The notes below the pieces were generated by a model, which saw only the letters and a program-made list of their open reading frames with translations, was not told the DNA's origin and made no database searches. 64,000 nt of DNA from assembly GCA_034004515.1 (NCBI GenBank), contig JAVEWN010000006.1, forward strand, positions 6,615 through 70,614, written 5' to 3'. The stretch comes from Anaerolineales bacterium. GTDB taxonomy: Bacteria; Chloroflexota; Anaerolineae; Anaerolineales; Villigracilaceae. Within the stretch, counting starts at the first letter, position 1. Each line of letters begins with the position of its first letter. Of this stretch, positions 26,182 to 34,939 are shown in pieces. Both the position numbers and the translations under genes were made by a program.

Positions 26182-27360
26182 ATGCAGGCAAATGTTAAAA
26201 AGAGTTATGTATCAAAACGCGCCGCAGAATTGAAGCCGAGCGGCATTCGGAAATTCTTCGATATTGTCGCCACCATGAAAGATGTCATCTCGCTCGGCAT
26301 TGGCGAACCGGATTTCACCACTCCAAAGCCAATTCTGGATGCCGGTATCCGCTCTCTCGCCAGTGGTGAGACCCATTACACCTCCAACGCGGGCAAAATA
26401 GAATTGCGCCAGGGGATCGCGAAGAACCTGCTGGAGCGCTACAACGTCAAATACGACCCGGCCACGGAGATTATCGCGACCGTCGGCGTTTCAGAAGCCT
26501 TATACCTGACCTTTATGGCCCTGCTCGACCCCGGCGATGAAGTCATCATCCCGACCCCGTGCTTTGTCTCGTACCAGGCCGAAGTCTATCTGGCGGGCGG
26601 TATTCCGGTTGAGATCCCCAGCCGGCTTGAGAATAATTTTTCGGTCGACCCGGCGGATATTCGCAAGGCCATCACGCCGCGCACCCGGGTCATTTTCATC
26701 GGCTATCCCAACAACCCGACCGGGGCGGTTGCCGAGCGCGCGACCATGATCGAAATTGCAAAAATCGCCGAAGAATTCGACCTGATGGTTGTCTCCGACG
26801 AAATTTACGACCGCCTGGTGTATGGGTTTGAGCATGTCTGCTTCCCCGCTCTGGGAGAAAGCATTCGCCGCCGGACCGTGCTGCTGGGCGGATTTTCCAA
26901 AAGCCACGCCATGACCGGTTGGCGGATCGGCTATGCCGCCGCCCCGCCTGAGATCATCGCCGGGCTGGTACGCATCCACCAATACACGATCATGTCCGCG
27001 CCGACCACCGCCCAGGATGCCGCCATCGAAGCCCTCAAAAGCGGCGAACCGCACGTGGAAGAGATGCGCAACGAGTATGACCGCCGCCGCAAATTAATTG
27101 TCGGCGGGCTAAACCGGCTTAGCCTGGATACTTTCGAGCCGCGCGGCGCGTTTTACGCCTTCCCCAACATCAGCGCCAGCGGCATGGACGATGAAACCTT
27201 CGCCGAGAAATTGCTGCAAGAAGAAAGCGTCGCGGTTGTGCCAGGCTCTGCATTTGGCACGGGCGGGGATGGCTTTGTGCGCTGCTCTTACGCGACCGCC
27301 TACGACAAAATCGAAGAAGCCCTGCGGCGCATGGAAAAATTTATGGAACGCCACGGGTAA
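26182..27360 (+). CDS. Class I/II pyridoxal-phosphate aminotransferase (aspartate aminotransferase-like)
   Basis: Start moved to the ATG at 26182 (GGAGGA upstream). PLP-lysine motif GFSKSHAMTGWRIGY. Confidence 0.9.
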   Translation: MQANVKKSYVSKRAAELKPSGIRKFFDIVATMKDVISLGIGEPDFTTPKPILDAGIRSLASGETHYTSNAGKIELRQGIAKNLLERYNVKYDPATEIIATVGVSEALYLTFMALLDPGDEVIIPTPCFVSYQAEVYLAGGIPVEIPSRLENNFSVDPADIRKAITPRTRVIFIGYPNNPTGAVAERATMIEIAKIAEEFDLMVVSDEIYDRLVYGFEHVCFPALGESIRRRTVLLGGFSKSHAMTGWRIGYAAAPPEIIAGLVRIHQYTIMSAPTTAQDAAIEALKSGEPHVEEMRNEYDRRRKLIVGGLNRLSLDTFEPRGAFYAFPNISASGMDDETFAEKLLQEESVAVVPGSAFGTGGDGFVRCSYATAYDKIEEALRRMEKFMERHG

Positions 27361-27382
27361 ACCATTTCCCCAATCATGGCAA

Positions 27383-27414
27383 GGGGCGGGCAATCAGCCC
27401 GCCCCTGTTTTTTT
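27383..27414. terminator. Bidirectional terminator between convergent genes
   Basis: GGGGCGGGC-AATCA-GCCCGCCCC followed by TGTTTTTTT. It overlaps the last codons of the minus-strand methyltransferase gene. Confidence 0.75.
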
Positions 27415-28038
27415 CCACCACAGCCCGCTGAATTCCGGCAGGGTCGTACTTTCAACTTCTGCGGCCAGCTGCTCTCCGAAGAAAAAACCAAGCAACTCGC
27501 GGGCCTCGGCCAGGCTTTCAAAGCGATAATCGGTCGTAATCTGCCGAAAGTCGCACCCTTTTTGAGCGAGCCAGGTGTAATAATCGTTCAAATGATCAAG
27601 ACGGATGGGGGCCGGGTGTCCGGTGCCGAGCGACTCAATCAGAATCACCATGCCGCCGGGGCGCAGAATGCGCACAATCTCGCTCCAGCCTGCTTCCAGT
27701 TGTGAGCGGTCTCCCCAGACTGAAAGATAGCTAAAGCTCCAGCCGGATACCACCAAATCGGCGCTGGCCGCGGCAATCGGCAGCTGGCGATGGTCGGCGA
27801 CCTGCGCCTGGCAGTTGTCCAGCCCGGCAGACCTGAAAGACTGAGCGGCCACCCTCAGCATGGCAGCGGAACCATCCAAGGCCCACAGGCTGCGGGCCTT
27901 CGGCCCAAGCAAACGCCCGAGACGGCCCGTCCCCGCCCCCAGGTCAACAATATCCAGCCCGGCGGTAGGAATAATCGCTTCAATCGCCCTGAGCAGGTTG
28001 CCGTGATGGTCCTCACGCTGAATCAAGCGCTCGTACAT
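27394..28038 (-). CDS. Class I SAM-dependent methyltransferase
   Basis: Motif I VDLGAGTGRL and the post-I acidic residue pattern. Confidence 0.85.
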   Translation of the reverse strand: MYERLIQREDHHGNLLRAIEAIIPTAGLDIVDLGAGTGRLGRLLGPKARSLWALDGSAAMLRVAAQSFRSAGLDNCQAQVADHRQLPIAAASADLVVSGWSFSYLSVWGDRSQLEAGWSEIVRILRPGGMVILIESLGTGHPAPIRLDHLNDYYTWLAQKGCDFRQITTDYRFESLAEARELLGFFFGEQLAAEVESTTLPEFSGLWWKKTGAG

Positions 28039-28084
28039 CCCGGCGTGCTGGGCGTAGACTTCCTTTTCGCTGGGGATGACGGCC

Positions 28085-28843
28085 TCAGGCTTTTTTGCGG
28101 CGTTGGAGGATGCTGTAAATCGCCAGCCCTAAAGCCAGGGCAGCAGCCAGCCAGGCGCTATTGGCCACAAGCGGAACGCCGGCCTGTTTGACGGCGATCC
28201 CAATAAAAGACCAGACAAAAACGAAGAGATAGGCTGCATCGCGGCGGGTAAAGGCCATCAAAATCCCCAAAACGGAGGCGACGACCAGCATGATTACCGC
28301 CCAGGCCTCCGGCGCAATCCCCAACCCGTTCCAGCCGGCGTCGTACAACCAGCTGGTGAAATTGGCAATCGTCGCAACGCTGACCCAGCCCAGATAAACG
28401 CTAAAGGGAATATCCACGCTCCAGCGTTCGGCGGTGCTAATGGCAGTGCGGCCTACATCCAGCTTAAGATAGCTGACAATCAGCGTGCCGAGCAAAGCCA
28501 GCATGACCAGGACGCTCAGATCAAACTGGTTGTAATGCCAGCAAAACAGCCAGAACGCATTGAAGACGCCGCTCAAGGCAAACCAGTAGCCAAGTTTTTG
28601 CAAACGCGGGTTATTCTTTTGGGCGGGCAAAAACTGGTAGATGGTAAAAGCGATCCAGCCAAGATAGACAACGCCCCAGATGGCAAAGACGTAGCCCGCC
28701 GGGACGAAAAAGACCTTGAAGCGGTCTGAGATTTCGCCGGTATCCTGCCCATTGAGGGGCAAGGTGCTTGCGAGGATATTGATGGTCAGGGCCAGGACAA
28801 CCGAAAGGGCATTGGCCGCTTGTCGTAAAGTGTTTTTGGACAT
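28085..28843 (-). CDS. Trp-rich multi-pass membrane protein, TspO/MBR-related
   Basis: AGGAGA RBS. N-terminal pattern LPLNGQDTGEISDRFKVFFVPAGYVFAIWGVVYLGW, as I recall from TspO-like proteins. 7-8 predicted helices. Confidence 0.6.
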   Translation of the reverse strand: MSKNTLRQAANALSVVLALTINILASTLPLNGQDTGEISDRFKVFFVPAGYVFAIWGVVYLGWIAFTIYQFLPAQKNNPRLQKLGYWFALSGVFNAFWLFCWHYNQFDLSVLVMLALLGTLIVSYLKLDVGRTAISTAERWSVDIPFSVYLGWVSVATIANFTSWLYDAGWNGLGIAPEAWAVIMLVVASVLGILMAFTRRDAAYLFVFVWSFIGIAVKQAGVPLVANSAWLAAALALGLAIYSILQRRKKA

Positions 28844-29063
28844 ATTTTTCTCCTATTCTTTCTTCAAAAATGAAAACATGTTCTTATTGTACCGCCAAGC
28901 AGCCCAAATGCTATTTAAAAATGGGTTTTTCCCAGGCCGGGCTTTGGCAAAGCGAGATGATTTCATAAAAAACAGCCAACCGGGCGGTTTTGCGCCAGAA
29001 TGTGGGATAATGAACATAACCTAAGTTTTAAGCTGTAAAATTCCCAAAGAACAGGATGTCACC

Positions 29064-29204
29064 TTGGCCAAAGTTAATTATAAACACGAAAAACGTCAGA
29101 AAGAACTCGACAAAAAAAAGAAAAAAGAGCAGAAGATAAAAAAGAAGCAGGAAAAGAAAGAGATAACGCCTGCCGAAAATAAAACTGAGACTTCACAAGA
29201 GTAG
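29064..29204 (+). CDS. Possible Lys-rich micro-protein (46 aa)
   Basis: TTG start at 29064, open to TAG at 29202-29204 (MAKVNYKHEKRQKELDKKKKKEQKIKKKQEKKEITPAENKTETSQE). A strong terminator follows directly. Weak RBS (AGGA). Confidence 0.35.
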   Translation: MAKVNYKHEKRQKELDKKKKKEQKIKKKQEKKEITPAENKTETSQE

Positions 29205-29206
29205 CC

Positions 29207-29247
29207 AACAAGCAGGGCGTCCCAACTGGGACGCCCTGCTTGTTTTC
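29207..29247 (+). terminator. Strong stem-loop terminator between convergent genes
   Basis: Perfect 17-bp stem AACAAGCAGGGCGTCCC / GGGACGCCCTGCTTGTT with a 4-nt loop, followed by TTC (so GTTTTC on the plus strand). Confidence 0.8.
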
Positions 29248-29265
29248 AAACCTTCAGCTCTGTTC

Positions 29266-29892
29266 TCAGGGAGTCGGAATTGGGGTGCCTTCACCCGCCA
29301 CAACAATTTCCACGCTGACAAATTCGCCGAAAAGCTCGCCGCGGCCATTCGCCAGACGCCAGACGCCGGAGTATTCGCCGGGTGTGTTGGGCGCAAATAA
29401 TCGGACGCTGACATTGGCCTGACCCTGCGGCGCAACCGTCTGACCGATCTCGCGGGTATTGCCCTGCATCAGGTTGCCGGTCACAAAAACAATCGTGTAA
29501 CCTGGCTTCCAGGTGCAAGTGCCTGTGTTTTGAAATGTCCAGGTTTTTTCAAAGACCTGGCCGCGCGCCAGAATCGTACCGTCTGGGATGGTGACATCTG
29601 CCACAAAGGCAGAATTATCACAAAAATTGTTCGTGACAGAGGTGGGGACAATCGGCGTGAGCGAGGGGGTTTCGGTAATTGTAGCGGTGGGCGTGACCGT
29701 CGCGCTGGGGGTGGAGGTCGGTTCCAGCGTCGGCGTTTGGGTAGCCTGGGCGGCGATGGTCTGGGCAATCGCCGCTTCGACCTGGGCGGTGGCTTCCTGG
29801 GCGGTGCTGATGCTGATCGATCCGCAGCCAGCCAGGAGCGCCGTCAGGAGCGGCAAGCTGAAAAGCAAATTTTTGATGGATGGTTTTAACAT
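29266..29892 (-). CDS. Lipoprotein with an NBR1-type Ig-like domain
   Basis: Start set to the ATG at 29892 (GAGGAA upstream). Lipobox LLTALLAGC and a Thr/Pro/Ala linker. The C-terminal domain DVTIPDGT...FEKTWTFQNTGTCTW...GEYSGVWRL matches the NBR1/Ig-like pattern. Confidence 0.75.
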   Translation of the reverse strand: MLKPSIKNLLFSLPLLTALLAGCGSISISTAQEATAQVEAAIAQTIAAQATQTPTLEPTSTPSATVTPTATITETPSLTPIVPTSVTNNFCDNSAFVADVTIPDGTILARGQVFEKTWTFQNTGTCTWKPGYTIVFVTGNLMQGNTREIGQTVAPQGQANVSVRLFAPNTPGEYSGVWRLANGRGELFGEFVSVEIVVAGEGTPIPTP

Positions 29893-30063
29893 GGTCTTAT
29901 TCCTCAATCGCTGGTTCAAACAGATTGGAAAGCACCCATTCTAACACCTTCCTGGCCTTGAAAACGCTGATTCAAACGAGACCAGTATGACGTTCCTCAA
30001 CCCAAATTGTAAACGAGATCGCCTTTTGACGTTTTTTTGACGCTGCCTGGTTACAAAAGAAAC

Positions 30064-30270
30064 ATGACCACGACCCCCTACCGCTCTTACCTGCTGCGCC
30101 TGTGGCTCGAACCGAGCAACCCGCCTGAATGGCGCGCCATGCTCGAAAGCCCGTCCAGCGGCGAACGGCACGGATTCTCCAGCCTGAAGGCGCTCTTTGC
30201 TTTTGTGGAGCAGGAGGCCGAGCGGTTGGAAAGTGAAACCAACGCGCGGACAGACCCGAATTTTCCTTAA
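30064..30270 (+). CDS. Small hypothetical protein (68 aa)
   Basis: ATG at 30064 inside ORF 30037-30270. Sequence YRSYLLRLWLEPSNPPEWRAMLESPSSGERHGFSSLKALFAFV. No assignable function. Confidence 0.45.
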   Translation: MTTTPYRSYLLRLWLEPSNPPEWRAMLESPSSGERHGFSSLKALFAFVEQEAERLESETNARTDPNFP

Positions 30271-30314
30271 ATTTATTCGCGTCTTCTGCGCCCTCATCAA
30301 AAGGAGATTCACCC

Positions 30315-32321
30315 ATGAAAAAGTTCATTCCGCTTTGTCTCGTTTTTTTATTATTACTGACCAGCCTGGCCTGCAACTTTGGCGCGCAGCCCGCCGCCGA
30401 ACCGACTCCGGTCGAGACGGACGCCTGCTGCACCAACGAGCCGCCCACCCTGCAAGAAACCGTCGCGCCTGACGCGGCTGCCACCCCCGTCCCGCCCGGC
30501 GGGCCGCAAACTTCCGGGCTGGAAACTGGCCGGTATCCCTTCACCAACGCCAACGTCGTGCTCGATTTGGTCGTCTACAAAGGCGTCATCCATGCCGCCA
30601 CGTTGGGCGGGCTGGTCACCTGGCGGCTGGACAGCGGCTATTCGATGCGCTATACCCCACTGGATGGGATGGGACACGTCAGCGCCAACGCCATTGTCTA
30701 CTGCGAAATCCCGCAGCCGAGGATTTTGGTCGGGACCCTGAGCGGGATCAGCGTCTACGACCCGAACAGCGGTCTGTGGGAAAAAGGCTTAACCTTCCCT
30801 GCCGAAAGCCGGGTGGATGTCAGCAGAATCGAACGGCTGTACTGTGACCAGGCCAACAACCGCCTGCTGATTGGCTACAACGGCCTGGGCATCTACGACT
30901 TGAAAAGCGGCGGCTTCCAGCATTTCACCAGCAAGGAAGGCCTGTTGTGGGATTCGGTCAGAGGCATCACCGTCAACGGCCAGGACATCTGGATCGCGAG
31001 CGGCTACAAGGGCATCGCAAAAATCTCCAACGGACAGGTGAAAACCTACAGCGCCGCCGACGGAATGCCCGACGAACGCGCCAATGCGCTGGCCTTTGCC
31101 CAGGATGGGACGCTGTGGGTCGGCGCTTCGAGCGGCATCCAATCCTTTAAGGCGGATAAATGGACGCTTTACGGCTCAGACAGCCCGGCCGCTTTGGGCA
31201 ATGTCGACCAAATCCGGGTTGCGCCAGACGGCAAACTGTGGCTCACCACCCTGCCGCTCGGCGTCGGCAGGCTGTGCCAGTTCAACCCGAAAACCGCGGC
31301 CTGCGACGTGGATTTCAAGGAAATCGATCAGCAGGGCATTTTGGCCCTGGCCCTGACCGAATCGGGCGGGCCGGTCTATGGCACGAGCAAGGGCGTCTAT
31401 GTTTTCGAGAACGGCGCGGCCAAAGCCTTCAAAACCGACGACCAACTCGCCAGCAACTACGTTGATTCGTTCGCCTCCGCGCCCGACGGCATGTTGTGGG
31501 TCGGCAGCGACGCCGGCATCCACGTCCTCGACCCGGCCAACCCGGCCGCCAAGTGGCAAACCTTCCGCCAGACTGAAACCCCCGAAATGGGCGGCAGTTG
31601 GGGCAAGGCAATCGCTATCGCCCCGGACGGAAGCGTCTGGCTGGCAGCGACCAACGGTTCCGCCAGCCGCTACCAAAACGGGGCGTGGACCGCCTTCAAA
31701 GACATCTACTCCTTCGACACGGTCGCGGTCGATGGCCAGGGCCGGGCCTGGTTCGGCGATGACAGCAAGGGCGTGGTCGTCCTGAACGGCGACGGTTCAC
31801 AGGCGATGAGCTTCAGCAGCGCCAACGGCCTGCCCGGTGACAACGTCCAGGCGATTGTGGTCGATTTATCGGGCCGGGTCTGGATCGGGACGAACGAGGG
31901 CCTCGCCAAATACGAAAATGAGATGCTTGAAGTGGTTTTCGGCAAAGATACGAAAGAAATCCCCAACAAATACATCCGCGCCCTGGCGGTAGATTCGACT
32001 GGCGCACTGGTGATTGGCACCTTTACCGGCGTCGCCCGCTATGACGGGACCCGGGCCGAAGTGCTGGTCGATTTTCTCAAAGACGGCTTCAGCGAAGCGC
32101 GCCTGACGACGCTGGCTGTGTCTCCCGCTGGCGCGGTCTGGGTGGGGACCGACAAGGGCCTGCTGGCCCAACAAAACGGGGCCTGGAAACTGCTCACTAC
32201 CGCCGACGGCCTGCTGACCAACTACATCTCGGCCCTGCACGTCGACCAGTACGGCGCGGTCTGGGTCGGGGGCGGCGGCTCCAACTTCGACGGCGGCGGG
32301 ATGTTGCAAATTGTGCCATAA
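30315..32321 (+). CDS. Lipoprotein made of 'two-component regulator propeller'-type repeats
   Basis: AAAGGAGA RBS and lipobox LLLTSLAC. At least 9 repeats of the pattern hWhGT..GL..a (TLWVGASSGIQSF, MLWVGSDAGIHVL, RVWIGTNEGLAKY, AVWVGTDKGLLAQ, ...). Confidence 0.8.
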   Translation: MKKFIPLCLVFLLLLTSLACNFGAQPAAEPTPVETDACCTNEPPTLQETVAPDAAATPVPPGGPQTSGLETGRYPFTNANVVLDLVVYKGVIHAATLGGLVTWRLDSGYSMRYTPLDGMGHVSANAIVYCEIPQPRILVGTLSGISVYDPNSGLWEKGLTFPAESRVDVSRIERLYCDQANNRLLIGYNGLGIYDLKSGGFQHFTSKEGLLWDSVRGITVNGQDIWIASGYKGIAKISNGQVKTYSAADGMPDERANALAFAQDGTLWVGASSGIQSFKADKWTLYGSDSPAALGNVDQIRVAPDGKLWLTTLPLGVGRLCQFNPKTAACDVDFKEIDQQGILALALTESGGPVYGTSKGVYVFENGAAKAFKTDDQLASNYVDSFASAPDGMLWVGSDAGIHVLDPANPAAKWQTFRQTETPEMGGSWGKAIAIAPDGSVWLAATNGSASRYQNGAWTAFKDIYSFDTVAVDGQGRAWFGDDSKGVVVLNGDGSQAMSFSSANGLPGDNVQAIVVDLSGRVWIGTNEGLAKYENEMLEVVFGKDTKEIPNKYIRALAVDSTGALVIGTFTGVARYDGTRAEVLVDFLKDGFSEARLTTLAVSPAGAVWVGTDKGLLAQQNGAWKLLTTADGLLTNYISALHVDQYGAVWVGGGGSNFDGGGMLQIVP

Positions 32322-32415
32322 GCATAGGGTGAGGAGGGCGGTTAAAGCCGCCTCCTCGCCCACGCCAAAACCGCACTCCTTAAAAGTTTGGATCGTATCC
32401 TGAAAGGAAAAATCG

Positions 32416-33111
32416 ATGAAAAACAAAACAATTCTGCTGGCCGTCTTCGTCCTGGCTGGCCTGCTGCTCTCGGCCTGCAAAGTCAACTTTATCACCGACC
32501 TCCAAAGCAGCGGCGCTGGCACTTACACCCAGGAAATTGGTTTCGAGGGTGACGAAGCCTCAATGGCCGGGCTGAGCGACGGCAGCGAGGATTTCTGCGC
32601 CAAACAGAACGAAGAACTGCCGCCCGGCACCTCCATCCGCCAGGAGACGCGCAACGAAGCCGAAACCTGGTGCGTTTACGAAACACCGTTCAAGTCCATC
32701 GAAGAGTTGCAAGCCATCTATGGCGCGACCGATACCCGCATCAACGAAATTTCCATCGTCGATGGCAAACTGACTTACGATATCAGCCTCGACCTGAGCG
32801 GCGACAGCGGCGCGCCCATGGGGGCCGACATTTTCTGGATCGTCAACATGCCGGGAAAACTGATCGAAAACAACGCCAGCCAGCAATCTGACAACACCCT
32901 GAAATGGAAACTGGTCGGCGGCGAACTCAATAACATCCGCGCGGTCAGCGAAATTGGCGGGCTGAACTTCGATCTGGGCGGCGATTGGGTTGGGTACGTC
33001 TTGGGCGGCGGCTTTTTGCTGTGCGTGTGCTGTTTCGTGCCGCTGGTCATCGCCGCGCTGGCCTTCTTCCTGATTCGGCGCAAGAAACAGGCCGAACCTT
33101 CCGCCGCTTAG
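32416..33111 (+). CDS. Lipoprotein with a C-terminal transmembrane anchor
   Basis: Lipobox AGLLLSAC, a ~170-aa soluble domain, and a C-terminal helix GGGFLLCVCCFVPLVIAALAFFLI followed by RRKK. The architecture is reminiscent of LppM/DUF3153-type proteins (recollection only). Confidence 0.65.
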   Translation: MKNKTILLAVFVLAGLLLSACKVNFITDLQSSGAGTYTQEIGFEGDEASMAGLSDGSEDFCAKQNEELPPGTSIRQETRNEAETWCVYETPFKSIEELQAIYGATDTRINEISIVDGKLTYDISLDLSGDSGAPMGADIFWIVNMPGKLIENNASQQSDNTLKWKLVGGELNNIRAVSEIGGLNFDLGGDWVGYVLGGGFLLCVCCFVPLVIAALAFFLIRRKKQAEPSAA

Positions 33112-33147
33112 CCACGGGCTGCTGATCGCGCATTACAGGAGACTGAA

Positions 33148-33792
33148 ATGGACGATATCCTCCTCAACCTGATTGTTTTCGCCGCTTTGGCAATAGTTGG
33201 CGGGCTGGTGTTTGTTCTCGTCCGCCAGCGACAAGCCCAAAGCAGGCAGGAAATCATTCAAATGGCCGCCGAAAAAGGCTGGCAAATCGAAACCCTGCGC
33301 GAACCGCTCCGGTGGGGAGAGCGGCTCATTTCCCCAGGCTGGCGTCTGGAAGCAACTTCCCGCGCCAGCGGGCGGGAACTGGACTCCGGTTCGAGCGATG
33401 TTGCCATGCAGACGGTCTGGAGCGCCGACCAGCCCGGCCCGACCCTGCTAATCGGCGAACGCAGCTCCCAGGCAAATCTCGGCTCTCTGGGCGGGATGCT
33501 CCAGCAGCAGGTTTTACAGCTTGCCCTCGGCCCAGATGCAAATGGGCTGACCGAAATCCGGGCTGGGAGCGCGGCCTTCCAGCAGAAATACATGCTCTGG
33601 GCCCAAAACCCGGCTGATGTGCGCCTCTCCACGCAGCTGGAGTCGATCCTGCTCGAATGGAAAGGGATCAAGCCGATCATTAAACGCACCTCCGCAGGCC
33701 TGACCATTGAATTACAGGGCGCGCACCTGAAAACCGCGCCCGATTTGTTACGGCTGGTCGATTTAGGCGAGACCTCGCTGAAAACGCTCTAA
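33148..33792 (+). CDS. N-terminally membrane-anchored hypothetical protein
   Basis: AGGAGA RBS. N-terminal helix LNLIVFAALAIVGGLVFVLV. No recognisable domain. Confidence 0.6.
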   Translation: MDDILLNLIVFAALAIVGGLVFVLVRQRQAQSRQEIIQMAAEKGWQIETLREPLRWGERLISPGWRLEATSRASGRELDSGSSDVAMQTVWSADQPGPTLLIGERSSQANLGSLGGMLQQQVLQLALGPDANGLTEIRAGSAAFQQKYMLWAQNPADVRLSTQLESILLEWKGIKPIIKRTSAGLTIELQGAHLKTAPDLLRLVDLGETSLKTL

Positions 33793-33809
33793 AAAGAAAA
33801 GAGTTTGCG

Positions 33810-34922
33810 ATGAAAACCAAAATGAAAATCCTCCTGTCCGGCCTGTGGGGGCTTGGGTTGCTGCTCTCAGGCTGCGCCTTGCCGGGCGCGCTTCAACCCG
33901 GCGCGCCTGCGTCAGCAAACAAAGCTGAACAACCTGCTGCCTCGGCTACAACACTCACAGAATCAGCGCCCGGCGAGTCGCCCGCCGCAATCTCTCCAAC
34001 ACCAGCCGAGACACTACCCGTTGCCAGTGAGGCGGCCCCGACAGAAATTGCGATCAGCCACCAAAGCAGGCCGGGGAATCCGCTTTACAGCCAGGCCCTG
34101 CCCGGGGAATGCAACACCGGCTTCAATTACAAAATCGGATTCCGGGTGCGGCCGCCCTGCGATACCTGGGGCACCAATATGCTCGAACGCGCCGTCTCGG
34201 CAGATATGAGCAGCTTCTATCACTATATCGACATCCTTAGCGCCCGGGTCGGCAAATCCGGCGACTGGTTTTACGCCAGCTTCGATCTGTTCGGAGCCGG
34301 GATGGCCGAGGAGGGCGTTCCGCTGACCTATTTCTTCGAACTGGACCTGGACCAGAATGGGCGCGGAGACATTTTGCTGGCGGTGCAAGACCTTGACCTG
34401 TACATCAGCGAGTGGAGCGTGACCGGCGTCCGCGCCTGGCGCGACCTGAACGGCGATGTCGGCGGCCCGACCGCCGTCCGCCCGGACGGCCAATCTGGGG
34501 ACGGCTACGAGACCCTGGTTTTTGATCAGGGCCTGGGCGACGATCCCGACCTGGCCTGGGTGCGCCACAACCCGGACAACTACCAAAGGATTGAGTTTGC
34601 CTTCAAACCGGCCCTGCTGGACAGGAAAGAATCCTTCATGTTGTGGGCGGGAGCCATGCGCGGCCGCTTCGACCCGCAGGCCTTTGACCTGGTCGACAGC
34701 CAATCCGAAACCGCGTTGTACGAGGTGGACACCACCTGCGGCTGGGTTTTCGGTCACGAAAAAGGCTACAACCTCAAGAAATGTTTCGTCGCGCCTGACC
34801 CGACCAAGGCTCCCCAAGAGGAGAGCGGCCCCGCCATCTGCATCAAGCCGCCGCACCCGAACCCACAAGATGGCGGCTGGGTCTGGAACGAAGCCAAATG
34901 CAAATGGGAACTGTGGAATTAG
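33810..34922 (+). CDS. Hypothetical lipoprotein
   Basis: Lipobox LGLLLSGC and a Pro/Ala/Ser/Thr linker. The Cys-containing C-terminal domain is of unknown family. Confidence 0.6.
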   Translation: MKTKMKILLSGLWGLGLLLSGCALPGALQPGAPASANKAEQPAASATTLTESAPGESPAAISPTPAETLPVASEAAPTEIAISHQSRPGNPLYSQALPGECNTGFNYKIGFRVRPPCDTWGTNMLERAVSADMSSFYHYIDILSARVGKSGDWFYASFDLFGAGMAEEGVPLTYFFELDLDQNGRGDILLAVQDLDLYISEWSVTGVRAWRDLNGDVGGPTAVRPDGQSGDGYETLVFDQGLGDDPDLAWVRHNPDNYQRIEFAFKPALLDRKESFMLWAGAMRGRFDPQAFDLVDSQSETALYEVDTTCGWVFGHEKGYNLKKCFVAPDPTKAPQEESGPAICIKPPHPNPQDGGWVWNEAKCKWELWN

Positions 34923-34939
34923 GCAAAAAGAGAGCACAG

